A stretch of DNA of 25,763 bases from a virus (IMGVR_UViG_3300025121_000878:1-25763), one strand, 5' to 3'; shown: positions 9,328 through 17,533, counted from the stretch's first letter. The notes: generated by a model from the sequence alone, not told the origin. Made by a program: numbers and translations.

Positions 9328-11339
9328 AATATTTATTATTATTTTTAATTTCGTTTAGTTGTTTCGGAGCAATGCAAACAGATAAGCTTGAAGTAACGAC
9401 CAGTGCGACGATACCGAATGTTAGCGGAAGTGTAACGGTAACAGGAACGTTAACAGCCACTAAGCTTGTTGGTGACGGATCTGGTATAATAAATCTTCCA
9501 GGAGGTTTTACAGACCACGGAGCATTGACAGGTTTAGATGATGTAACTGATCACGCTTGGGCTGCTTTAACAAACGGAACTAGAAATTTTACGGGCCCAC
9601 AAACTTTTGAGAAAGCTATAACTGTAACGGCATCGGTTACTGCCGATACTTATAGCTTCGACCGCAAGACTGATAAGTATAACTTATTCATGTTAAGCAA
9701 TAACGCAAACACCGCCACTCTAGTTAATGGAGTTTATAATACCATGATTGGCGGATACCCTAATAATATAAAGATGAGAAATGGTGAGAGCAACGTAGCA
9801 TTTGGTTACAGAGCAGGAGAGGCCATAAACGATGGTATAGCTAATACTTTATTTGGTAACTCTGCTGGAGAGTCATTAACTAGCGGACAATTTAATATTG
9901 GTTTTGGTCATCAGGCAGGTACACATATTACAACTGGTAATAGAAATATTTGCGTAGGTACTTCTAGTTGTTCAAATACAACAACAGGTGAGCAAAACAC
10001 AGCTATAGGATTCGCTGCTGGTGGGTCTGGTAACTATTCCCGAAGAACAACATTGGGTTATTACGCTGGAAGATATGCCAATGAAAATGACGCTTTCGTA
10101 ATTGATAACAGAGATCGAGGATCAAACGCTGCTGAAAAAACCAATGCTTTAATGTATGGAACAATCGCCTCTGCTCCTGCTGATAGCTTATTAAAGATCA
10201 ATGCCGGAACTACAATTACAGGCGCAGCTACTATGAGTAGCACGTTAAACGTAGGTGGGAATATCTTCCTAAATGGAGATAGCGGAGCAGAAAACGAATA
10301 TATTAAAATAACTGCTGGCATTCCAGCATGGTCTGCACTTCCCACGGCAAATTATTTAACAAATGGAATAGTTACAGGTGTTGATTATGGCAAGCATGAT
10401 TCTAAAGTACCGAATGGATTTGGGTATAGAAATGCCGAAGGGGGAATTTATAATAATTGGGATACTAGTTTATTAACTAATGCAACCTTTGGAGTCAATA
10501 CTAGCACTCCTCTAAATGGGAGTTATGATTTTGCGCTTGTCATTCAAACTGGTACTCTAACAGGTGAGTATCTATGTACTACAGATATACCAGTGCCACG
10601 GAGAAGTAGGGGGCAACCTTTAAAAGTAGACTTTGCTTACTCGTACAACGGTAACAATACAGATATATATGCCCTGTTTATAGATTCAACAAACACCGTC
10701 ACTCTTAGAAGTGGCTATTTAGAGGGTGGATCAAGCAAGAGAAAGGTTTTACAGGGTGTAAGCTCATCTACCACTGAAAATGTGCGTCTTTGTTTTTCGG
10801 TTGATGTCGTTAATGCTGGTAAAATTCTTTATCTAGACGACTTGGATTTTAGTCAGGATTATGACCCACAATCTTGTTATTTTAAACATGTTTTGACTTC
10901 GGGAACTGCTGGAGGAACTTTTACTCAAGACGGTTGGCGAAAAAGACCAATTAATGTTGTTAATGAAACAGGTAGCACAACGTCTAGTTCATGTCCATTT
11001 GCTAGTTTGTCGTCTGATCAAGTATCACTCAATACTGGAAAATATAATATATCAGTAAAGGCCGTTGCTTCCGCTGTTGGAAAAAGAGTGCTCAGGTTGA
11101 ACAATACTACTCTCTCGTCAGTGGTAGCTTATTCACCTGTAAATAATTTGGTTACCAGTAACGCTTCTAATTTTGAGGCAAGTTTAAACGCTGCTGTAAC
11201 ATTAAATTCAATTCCGTCGACTTTTGAAGTTCAAGATTATTGTACAACTACTAATGCAGATGATGGATTTGGAGTGGCAATGAATGCGGCCTCTATACCA
11301 GAGATTTATTTAGATATGGTTATAACAAAGTTAAAATAA
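9324..11339 (+). CDS. Tail-fibre/adhesin-like protein with N-terminal signal peptide
   Basis: ATG 9324 is 8 nt after GGAGG, with ATGA overlap. Starts MKYLLLFLISFSCFGA. T/G/N/S-rich, with ~14-residue NxxxGxxAG beta-helix repeats (NVAFGYRAG, NTLFGNSAG, NIGFGHQAG, NTAIGFAAG). C-terminal GTAGGTFTQDGWRKRPIN..EIYLDMVITKLK beta domain typical of fibre tips. Confidence 0.7.
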   Translation: MKYLLLFLISFSCFGAMQTDKLEVTTSATIPNVSGSVTVTGTLTATKLVGDGSGIINLPGGFTDHGALTGLDDVTDHAWAALTNGTRNFTGPQTFEKAITVTASVTADTYSFDRKTDKYNLFMLSNNANTATLVNGVYNTMIGGYPNNIKMRNGESNVAFGYRAGEAINDGIANTLFGNSAGESLTSGQFNIGFGHQAGTHITTGNRNICVGTSSCSNTTTGEQNTAIGFAAGGSGNYSRRTTLGYYAGRYANENDAFVIDNRDRGSNAAEKTNALMYGTIASAPADSLLKINAGTTITGAATMSSTLNVGGNIFLNGDSGAENEYIKITAGIPAWSALPTANYLTNGIVTGVDYGKHDSKVPNGFGYRNAEGGIYNNWDTSLLTNATFGVNTSTPLNGSYDFALVIQTGTLTGEYLCTTDIPVPRRSRGQPLKVDFAYSYNGNNTDIYALFIDSTNTVTLRSGYLEGGSSKRKVLQGVSSSTTENVRLCFSVDVVNAGKILYLDDLDFSQDYDPQSCYFKHVLTSGTAGGTFTQDGWRKRPINVVNETGSTTSSSCPFASLSSDQVSLNTGKYNISVKAVASAVGKRVLRLNNTTLSSVVAYSPVNNLVTSNASNFEASLNAAVTLNSIPSTFEVQDYCTTTNADDGFGVAMNAASIPEIYLDMVITKLK

Positions 11340-11348
11340 GGAGATTAA

Positions 11349-11939
11349 ATGAAATTACTATTTATCTTATTACTGCTAGTCGGATGCAAAGAAGCTACTG
11401 AGGAATTATGTTTTAAAGCTAGTCAAGTTTGCAATTGTACCGAAACCGGATCAACGCCTGTTGACGATGCTTCACTTGAAAAGTTTTGTGTCGAAGCAAG
11501 AAAAGCGTGCGGATGTCAGCCTGCTCCAACGCCTATCCCTACAATCGCCCCTACCGTGGTTCCAACAATACAACCAACGGTAATACCAACAGCGGTGCCA
11601 ACAGCTAATCCTACTCCTTCTACTGGATATATTAATCTAAAAGAATGTAATCAAGTCGTAGGATTTGTTTGGAAGCTTAACAAAGACGGAAACACAGCAG
11701 TAGTTCACAACAAGGCATATGTTGGATGCAAGTTTAAAACTAATGGAAAATATTCTAATCTTGCTGGTGGAATTTTCTCCAATGACGGTAGACCCTACGT
11801 TCGATGGAAGGGTCATCCAACACAATTTAAAAGCCCAGCTTATGTAGAAGCTGTCTGTGACGGAGTAACCAAGGTAACTGTAAAAATTCCAGATACAGGA
11901 AAAAGATGTGCTTACTATGCTGGAGGATGGGGTGATTAG
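11349..11939 (+). CDS. Cys-rich lipoprotein with Pro/Thr-repeat stalk
   Basis: AGGAGA RBS; MKLLFILLLLVGC lipobox; duplicated CxxAxxxCxC motif; PTxx tandem repeats. Confidence 0.8.
   Translation: MKLLFILLLLVGCKEATEELCFKASQVCNCTETGSTPVDDASLEKFCVEARKACGCQPAPTPIPTIAPTVVPTIQPTVIPTAVPTANPTPSTGYINLKECNQVVGFVWKLNKDGNTAVVHNKAYVGCKFKTNGKYSNLAGGIFSNDGRPYVRWKGHPTQFKSPAYVEAVCDGVTKVTVKIPDTGKRCAYYAGGWGD
11520..11620 (+). repeat. Degenerate 12-nt coding tandem repeats (PTxx)n
   Basis: PAPTPIPTIAPTVVPTIQPTVIPTAVPTANPTPST, encoded by recurring CCAAC/CCTAC units. Confidence 0.8.
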
Positions 11940-11966
11940 TAAAAGATTAAGCTCATGTAATCCGAC

Positions 11967-11993
11967 CTTCCGAATTTAAATTTGATTCGGAAG
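11967..11993. promoter_or_regulatory. 9-bp perfect inverted repeat upstream of the lysis genes
   Basis: CTTCCGAAT-N9-ATTCGGAAG, with no U-tract after it. Confidence 0.45.
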
Positions 11994-12024
11994 TGCATCT
12001 GCTTACCATGGAGGGGAGGGAGAA

Positions 12025-12255
12025 ATGGACGATATAACAAAAAAAATCTTTGATGAACTTAAGGATGTTAACAAACAGCTTAACGATGGGTTCAAGTCAC
12101 TTTCTTCCGAGATTACCAAACTTAAAACAGACAGACTCGAGTGTAGGATAGAGTGCAACAATTCTTTGTCTAAAGTAAAGCTTAACGTATTAAAAATAAT
12201 TATTATAGCATTGGCAAGCGGTAGCACTGGCGGTGCTATTTCGAGGTTATTTTGA
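12025..12255 (+). CDS. Holin-like small protein (coiled coil + C-terminal hydrophobic segment)
   Basis: Strong GGAGGGGAGGGAG RBS; C-terminal VLKIIIIALASGSTGGAI; directly upstream of the endolysin. Confidence 0.55.
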   Translation: MDDITKKIFDELKDVNKQLNDGFKSLSSEITKLKTDRLECRIECNNSLSKVKLNVLKIIIIALASGSTGGAISRLF

Positions 12256-12653
12256 GAGAGATAACCAAGATAATCCTCCACTGCTCAGGTTCAAATAATC
12301 CTAAACACGACAATGTGGAAACTATCAACCAGTGGCATTTTGAGCGTGGATTTTCTGGGATTGGATATCACTTTTTTATTAGTAGAAACGGATTGGTATT
12401 TGAAGGAAGAAAGATTTCAGCAATCGGAGCTCATTGCGAAGGTCACAATCATGATTCAATTGGCATTTGTCTTAGTGGTCTTGATAATTTTACACCAGAG
12501 CAGCTTGAATCTTTGGAAAAACTAATCATCGATCTGTGCTTCGTTTACAAAATTAAAAAAGAAAACGTGGTTGGTCACAACTACTATAATAAAAACAAAT
12601 TATGTCCCAACTTTGATTGGGAAGGGGAGAGGGACAAATGGAACATCCAATAG
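12252..12653 (+). CDS. Endolysin, N-acetylmuramoyl-L-alanine amidase (T7 lysozyme/Amidase_2 type)
   Basis: IILHCS, GFSGIGYHFFI, GAHCEGHNHDSIGICLSG, GH..KLCPNF zinc-amidase motifs. TTG start after GAGG. Confidence 0.93.
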   Translation: MREITKIILHCSGSNNPKHDNVETINQWHFERGFSGIGYHFFISRNGLVFEGRKISAIGAHCEGHNHDSIGICLSGLDNFTPEQLESLEKLIIDLCFVYKIKKENVVGHNYYNKNKLCPNFDWEGERDKWNIQ

Positions 12654-12934
12654 ATTATATTAATTACATCGGCAATCATGCGCTTGAGATTTACAATGTG
12701 TCATTTGCGGTAGCATCTAAATTGGGAATTGGAAAATATTTCACCGCTATTGTTACCTTCGTTGGTACAGCAAGACTTTATAACAAACCAATTTGTTCAT
12801 TTTGGAATAATAAAGTAGCTCCACTTGTTACCATAAGACCTACTGAAAAACTTATGGCAAATCCGATCTATGTCGCCGTTGCTTACGTTGTGGACTGGAC
12901 ACTTTCAATCAAGCTTCCGAGAGTTCAAAAATGA
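12638..12934 (+). CDS. Membrane-associated lysis-region protein (possible holin)
   Basis: ATG 12638 after GGAGAGGG; hydrophobic segments YFTAIVTFVGTA and PIYVAVAYVVDWTL. Confidence 0.5.
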   Translation: MEHPIDYINYIGNHALEIYNVSFAVASKLGIGKYFTAIVTFVGTARLYNKPICSFWNNKVAPLVTIRPTEKLMANPIYVAVAYVVDWTLSIKLPRVQK

Positions 12935-13194
12935 AATACATTATTTTATTTTTATTATTTTTATTTGTTTCATGCAGTCGGGTTAGGGTGAAAACCCATG
13001 ACCATTTCATGGGGCCATCAACGTGGGAAGCAACAGATGGAAAAATTTCTGTCTATGCTTACAATGGCGACTGCTGGGGGGCAAAAGAAAAACTAAAAAT
13101 GTTAGCAAAAGAAGCTAATGATGGAAAATTTGATTGGTCAATGATGTCTAATGATGAGTTTAAAAAAAAGAAACTTGAAGAAATATGTAGGTGA
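12931..13194 (+). CDS. Small lipoprotein
   Basis: MKYIILFLLFLFVSC lipoprotein signal; ATGA overlap. Confidence 0.7.
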   Translation: MKYIILFLLFLFVSCSRVRVKTHDHFMGPSTWEATDGKISVYAYNGDCWGAKEKLKMLAKEANDGKFDWSMMSNDEFKKKKLEEICR

Positions 13195-13198
13195 TTGA

Positions 13199-13444
13199 AT
13201 GTTAAAAACAATTTTAAATATCGTTGAAAATGGATTAGCGATTGTTGATAAAAAACTTGCAACAAAGTTTGAAGAGAAGTTTCACGAGATATTGACTAAT
13301 CTTAGAGAGGCGCAAAATGCTTCTCCTGAAGATTACACCGATGCGCCGTTAAACATTTCAAAAGAAAAACTTAAAGATTTTTTGGAGGCATATAACAATG
13401 TACTTGCAACTCATCGTAATAATATTAAGTCTGACGTTCGCTAG
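13199..13444 (+). CDS. Hypothetical helical protein
   Basis: AGGTG RBS; amphipathic helical composition; tightly packed in the operon. Confidence 0.65.
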   Translation: MLKTILNIVENGLAIVDKKLATKFEEKFHEILTNLREAQNASPEDYTDAPLNISKEKLKDFLEAYNNVLATHRNNIKSDVR

Positions 13445-13688
13445 TTGTGCGAGTGGGGACTGGAAAATAAAAGACGTTGCACCCATAAAAAGAGAGTGGA
13501 GGCAGTGTGATGCAAGGCTTGATAAAGAAAAAGCTGGTAAGGGCTTTTGCTACATAAGCCAAGAGTGCAAGGTTTTCTTGTTTGAAAAGTGTCGCCCTTT
13601 ACCGCTATTTTGCCCATGGGGTGATCTTGATTGTTTGAAAAAAAATGAAATGGATAATATGGTCTTAAAGACAAAGGAGAATTTATGA
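13398..13688 (+). CDS. Cys-rich lipoprotein (o-spanin-like position)
   Basis: GGAGG RBS; MYLQLIVIILSLTFASC; overlaps the 3' end of the previous gene; several additional Cys. Confidence 0.65.
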   Translation: MYLQLIVIILSLTFASCASGDWKIKDVAPIKREWRQCDARLDKEKAGKGFCYISQECKVFLFEKCRPLPLFCPWGDLDCLKKNEMDNMVLKTKENL

Positions 13689-14080
13689 AATTATTTTTAT
13701 GTTTAATGGTTTTGATTTTTACAGTGAGCTGTAGCTCAACTGTTTTTAATCCAGCAAAAGAGGAGGTTGTAAAGGTTGCAGCGGAAACGTATGCAAGCGG
13801 TTATGCGTTTCTTTTTACTTGCGGACAAGAAGAACTGATTAAAAAAGATGCAATGATTTATCTTTCAGAAAAAATCAAATTTCTTCAAGCTAGCGTTGAA
13901 AGCAAATCAGTCAAAGGTATTGGAAAAGAACTTTGTATCGCAGCGATAGAGGGAATTTTCCCCAAATTGATTGATGCTGCAACTAAAAAAACAAAGCCTG
14001 AGTATGAATGCACTGGTGAATTTTTAGGGAATGCGAGCGTTTTCTTGGCAACAAAAGTTTGCGAGAAAATTAAAATTTAA
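13685..14080 (+). CDS. Lipoprotein
   Basis: AAGGAG RBS; MKLFLCLMVLIFTVSC; four further Cys; last gene before the terminator. Confidence 0.75.
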   Translation: MKLFLCLMVLIFTVSCSSTVFNPAKEEVVKVAAETYASGYAFLFTCGQEELIKKDAMIYLSEKIKFLQASVESKSVKGIGKELCIAAIEGIFPKLIDAATKKTKPEYECTGEFLGNASVFLATKVCEKIKI

Positions 14081-14083
14081 CTT

Positions 14084-14107
14084 AGGCCGGTTTATCCGGC
14101 CTTTATT
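14084..14107 (+). terminator. Intrinsic terminator ending the late/lysis operon
   Basis: AGGCCGG-TTTAT-CCGGCCT followed by TTATT, 3 nt after the stop codon. Confidence 0.75.
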
Positions 14108-14311
14108 ATGTGCATAGAACCAAAAAACGATCTTATCATAATGCTCTTCCTTTTCGGTCTACTGCTGGTGGCGGTCAATTATTTTTCAATTAATATTGTT
14201 TAGGTGTTGAATTAAATTTAATCTGTTGTTTTTACGTTATTGATAGATTATTATAACTACTCAATATTGTGCTATATTTGATTATTTTTATATATATTGT
14301 TAAAACAAGTA

Positions 14312-14338
14312 TTGATTTTTGACGAAACTAGATATAAT
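14312..14338 (+). promoter_or_regulatory. Candidate sigma70 promoter for the accessory block
   Basis: TTGATT-N15-TATAAT in a very AT-rich intergenic region. The spacer is suboptimal. Confidence 0.35.
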
Positions 14339-14385
14339 GGACTTATAGGGTAATTGTGCCCTTTAGATAAACATGGAGAAGTAAT

Positions 14386-14577
14386 ATGAAGAGCTATGTC
14401 GATTTTGCTTCCGGCCTGAGTGATGCTGTTACAGCAGAGGCTAATAAGCTCTTTGAGAAAATTCATGGACCGTATCGTGGACATGAGCTTATGGCCTGTT
14501 CTTCAGAGCGACCAACAGATGCTAATTGTGTAAGAAAAGTGGTGCTTGATGATAAAGAGCCAGACGGTTGGCAATAA
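14386..14577 (+). CDS. Small hypothetical protein (63 aa)
   Basis: GGAG RBS; flanked by a candidate promoter and a terminator. Confidence 0.65.
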   Translation: MKSYVDFASGLSDAVTAEANKLFEKIHGPYRGHELMACSSERPTDANCVRKVVLDDKEPDGWQ

Positions 14578-14592
14578 TATTATTTAATAATG

Positions 14593-14627
14593 AAAAAGAA
14601 GCTACTCGTTTGGGTAGCTTTTTTTTT
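14593..14627 (+). terminator. Intrinsic terminator, probably bidirectional
   Basis: A-run, AAGCTACTC-GTTT-GGGTAGCTT stem-loop (one G:U pair), then a long T-run. Confidence 0.85.
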
Positions 14628-14644
14628 GAAAAAAAGGACTTCAA

Positions 14645-15340
14645 GTGGGAGTACAAAAATATTCACAACGTTTTATGAAAATGAGAAATAGCGACTTGTT
14701 GGTTATATATCATCGGGTTGACGATAGCTCATCATTTTCCTTATTAGACTGGAACGACATTACGGCCATCACTCAATTAATTGTTGAAAATAAAAAACAA
14801 CACAATCATTTAACAATTTTATTACATTCCCAGGGTGGTGGATTCCAATGCGCATTAGGACTTATGAACTATCTTCGAGAAGAGTATACGGGATCAATCG
14901 AGAGTGTTGTTCTTAATATTGCAAAAAGCTCTGCTGCTTTTTTAGCACTTACGTCCTGTTGTTGCTACATGAAAGAAGAAGCGTTGCTTGGGGACTTCTC
15001 TGTTAATCAGAATATTTCAACAAATGCAAAAAAGACAGTGGATTATGCAACCAAAGCAATGGAGATGTGCTTGTATAAGGAACTAAAAAAACCAGCACTA
15101 GATGTGGAAGGTATGAAGAAAAAACTCGAAAGCTTTTTCCAGTTAATTAATTCTCAGGATCATGCACGTGATATTCTGTTTAGTGAAGCCCACGACAAAT
15201 TTAGTGTTAAAAATTTTAATACATTCGGGCAAGGTGACTGGCATATTGGGACCGTTCATAATGAAATTTTGCTGAAAATGGAAGAATCAAAAGGCATCAA
15301 CAAGATATTTGGCTACAATGGTTCATATGTGTATATGTAA
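14645..15340 (+). CDS. SDH-family ClpP/crotonase-fold serine proteinase-like protein
   Basis: LTILLHSQGG (cf. LHSPGG), AKSSAAFLAL (cf. AKSAATLIAL, nucleophile Ser), LLGD and DHARDILFSEA (cf. THxxxIxxxEA). GTG start after AAGGA. Confidence 0.7.
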   Translation: MGVQKYSQRFMKMRNSDLLVIYHRVDDSSSFSLLDWNDITAITQLIVENKKQHNHLTILLHSQGGGFQCALGLMNYLREEYTGSIESVVLNIAKSSAAFLALTSCCCYMKEEALLGDFSVNQNISTNAKKTVDYATKAMEMCLYKELKKPALDVEGMKKKLESFFQLINSQDHARDILFSEAHDKFSVKNFNTFGQGDWHIGTVHNEILLKMEESKGINKIFGYNGSYVYM

Positions 15341-15421
15341 AATAATCTACTAAACTCCCTTCAATTCTAAAATTTAATTTTTCTTAACTTGCTTTTTTTG
15401 AAACTGGTCTGACAATTAGAT

Positions 15422-15679
15422 ATGTCCGAAGTGGTTGAGTTTTCCAGTTACACTAAACTTAATGAATGTGAAAAAAAACCAGTGGATAACTGTGATAAAA
15501 AATTAGATGAGCGTGTGATATTAAGAAAGGTTGCTTGTAGAATTTCGCAAATTTTGATTGAAGAAGACATGAAAGGTGCGGTAGTTTTTTTAAAAACTGT
15601 TTGCTCAGATGAAAACTATCAAGACATATTGGATACTGTCTTTTGGAGAGATTTTAAAAAAGAGATTGGGGAGAGTTAA
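15422..15679 (+). CDS. Hypothetical protein
   Basis: 85-aa ORF coupled by TAATG to the next gene. Confidence 0.55.
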   Translation: MSEVVEFSSYTKLNECEKKPVDNCDKKLDERVILRKVACRISQILIEEDMKGAVVFLKTVCSDENYQDILDTVFWRDFKKEIGES

Positions 15680-15948
15680 TGTTGTTAAAAATTTGGATGA
15701 TAAAATTAGCTTACTACTTACCCAGTTCTTTACTTTTTTTTGTTTTAATAGCAATTATAAAATGGAGAAGGGGTGCCAAATACAACAAGGCCGAACTTCT
15801 TATCAAATTTTTGACCTCTTGGATTATCACGTCAGTTATCATGATTACAATACAAGAATTAATAGGCTCATTATTCGGTGGATTTGATTTACTGGTCGTT
15901 CCATTAATTGTTTCTTTTCTTGTGCTTATAAAAAAAAGAACTGGATAG
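15679..15948 (+). CDS. Small integral membrane protein (about 3 TM segments)
   Basis: GGGGAG RBS; three hydrophobic stretches; basic C-terminus. Confidence 0.7.
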   Translation: MLLKIWMIKLAYYLPSSLLFFVLIAIIKWRRGAKYNKAELLIKFLTSWIITSVIMITIQELIGSLFGGFDLLVVPLIVSFLVLIKKRTG

Positions 15949-16114
15949 CTTGGGTTGTGGTACCTCGAGATATTTTACTTTTGAGTGATCTTTTTGAATG
16001 ACCTGATTTAAATGATCAGGTACTTAACTTTTTAAACACAATTTAACCTTTAATAAATCTTAACTAAAGTAAATATATTTTTAGCTCGATACCATAATAC
16101 GCTTAGGGGGTATC

Positions 16115-17533
16115 GTGAAAAAAAATATTATTGAAACCAATGTAATATATTGTGCTGATAATTTAGATGTGATGAGAAACCTTCCATCTGAGTCGATAGA
16201 TTTAATATATATCGATCCGCCGTTTTTTAGCAATAGAGATTATGAGTCTATTTGGGGTGACAAGCAAGAGACAGCTTCATTTAATGACAGATGGAAGGGT
16301 GGAATAAATCATTATTGTGAGTGGATGAGGCCAAGATTGGAGCAAATGCATAGACTATTGAAAAACACTGGTAGCTTTTATTGCCACTTAGATTGGCATG
16401 CAGTTCATTACATAAAAACAATACTAGATGAAATATTTGGTCAAAATAATTTTAAAACGGATATTGTTTGGAAAAGGACTAACTCAAAAGGATTAACCTC
16501 TAAGGGGTTTGCTAACAATTGTGATACAATTTTATATTATACAAAAAGTAATAAATTTACATGGCGTTCTCAGTATACGCAATTAGATAAAGAATATGTT
16601 AATAAATTTTATAAACATGTTGATGAAAAAACGGGACGAAGATTTCGATTAAGTGATTTGACTAATCCAAACCGAGATCGTCCGAATTTAACCTATGAGT
16701 GGAATGGTCACAGAAGAGTTTGGAGGTGGACAAAAAAAAGAATGATTAATGCGGATAAGCAGGGATTGATTCATTATTCTTCTACAGGATTAGCATCTCA
16801 AAAACGATATATAGATGAAATGAAAGGAAAACCTGTTGATAATTTATGGAATGATATTAAGCCAATACAAGCACAATCAAATGAAAGGGTTGGTTATCCC
16901 ACGCAAAAACCATTAGAACTCTTGGAAAGAATAATTATGGCTAGTTCAAATGAAGGTGATATTGTCGCTGATTTTTTCTGTGGTTGTGGAACAACATTAG
17001 TGGCATCTCATCGTCTAAATCGACGATATGTCGGAGTAGACAATTCTCCAGTGGCATCTAAGGTTGTAAGAAAAAGATTAAAAGGAGTTGGTGTTGATAT
17101 TCCTGAATTAGCAGTTAAATCTCTAACAAAGCAACAGATATTAAAATTAAAGCCGTTTGAATTTGAAGAATATGTTGTTAGATGTGTTGGTGGTGAACCG
17201 AACAGAATCAAAGTTGGAGATGGAGGGATCGATGGTACTCTTATAAAAGATGGTACCCCTATTCAAGTGAAACAGTCTAAAAATGTTGGAAGGCCAGTTA
17301 TTGATTCTTTTCATAAACATTTAGATAAAAATAATAGAGGGATATTTATTGCACTTTCGTTTGCAAAAACAGCTTATGAGGAGGCTGCAAAACTTGTTAG
17401 AGAAGGATATGATGTGCAATTGATAACGTTGGATGAACTTCTTGATATGAATAAGCACCAACAATATTCCCTACTCCATGCTTCAAGATTTGAAAGAAAG
17501 TCTTTGAAAAAAGTACAAAAAAAGGCAAGTTAA
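16115..17533 (+). CDS. Beta-class N6/N4 DNA methyltransferase fused to a C-terminal Mrr-like PD-(D/E)xK nuclease domain
   Basis: LIYIDPPF (motif IV, 16214), GYPTQKPLELLERII, DFFCGCGTT (motif I). C-terminus has FEFEEYV..GDGGIDG..IQVKQ..GIFIALSF. GTG start after AGGGGG. Confidence 0.9.
   Translation: MKKNIIETNVIYCADNLDVMRNLPSESIDLIYIDPPFFSNRDYESIWGDKQETASFNDRWKGGINHYCEWMRPRLEQMHRLLKNTGSFYCHLDWHAVHYIKTILDEIFGQNNFKTDIVWKRTNSKGLTSKGFANNCDTILYYTKSNKFTWRSQYTQLDKEYVNKFYKHVDEKTGRRFRLSDLTNPNRDRPNLTYEWNGHRRVWRWTKKRMINADKQGLIHYSSTGLASQKRYIDEMKGKPVDNLWNDIKPIQAQSNERVGYPTQKPLELLERIIMASSNEGDIVADFFCGCGTTLVASHRLNRRYVGVDNSPVASKVVRKRLKGVGVDIPELAVKSLTKQQILKLKPFEFEEYVVRCVGGEPNRIKVGDGGIDGTLIKDGTPIQVKQSKNVGRPVIDSFHKHLDKNNRGIFIALSFAKTAYEEAAKLVREGYDVQLITLDELLDMNKHQQYSLLHASRFERKSLKKVQKKAS

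Noticed and set aside
823-10345. Numerous minus-strand ORFs opposite the virion and fibre genes
   Set aside because: Typical antisense shadows of long coding frames; no motifs or RBSs.
12313-12525. Alternative-frame ORF inside the amidase (possible embedded lysis gene)
   Set aside because: Hydrophobic, but no lipobox or convincing RBS; the amidase frame explains the sequence.
15478-15500. DnaA-box-like AGTGGATAAC (and weaker matches near 18623-18647)
   Set aside because: Mismatched, isolated sites; no iteron or box cluster supporting an origin.
15609-15887. 92-aa + strand ORF overlapping two accessory genes
   Set aside because: The coupled pair 15422-15679/15679-15948 tiles the region better and has an RBS.
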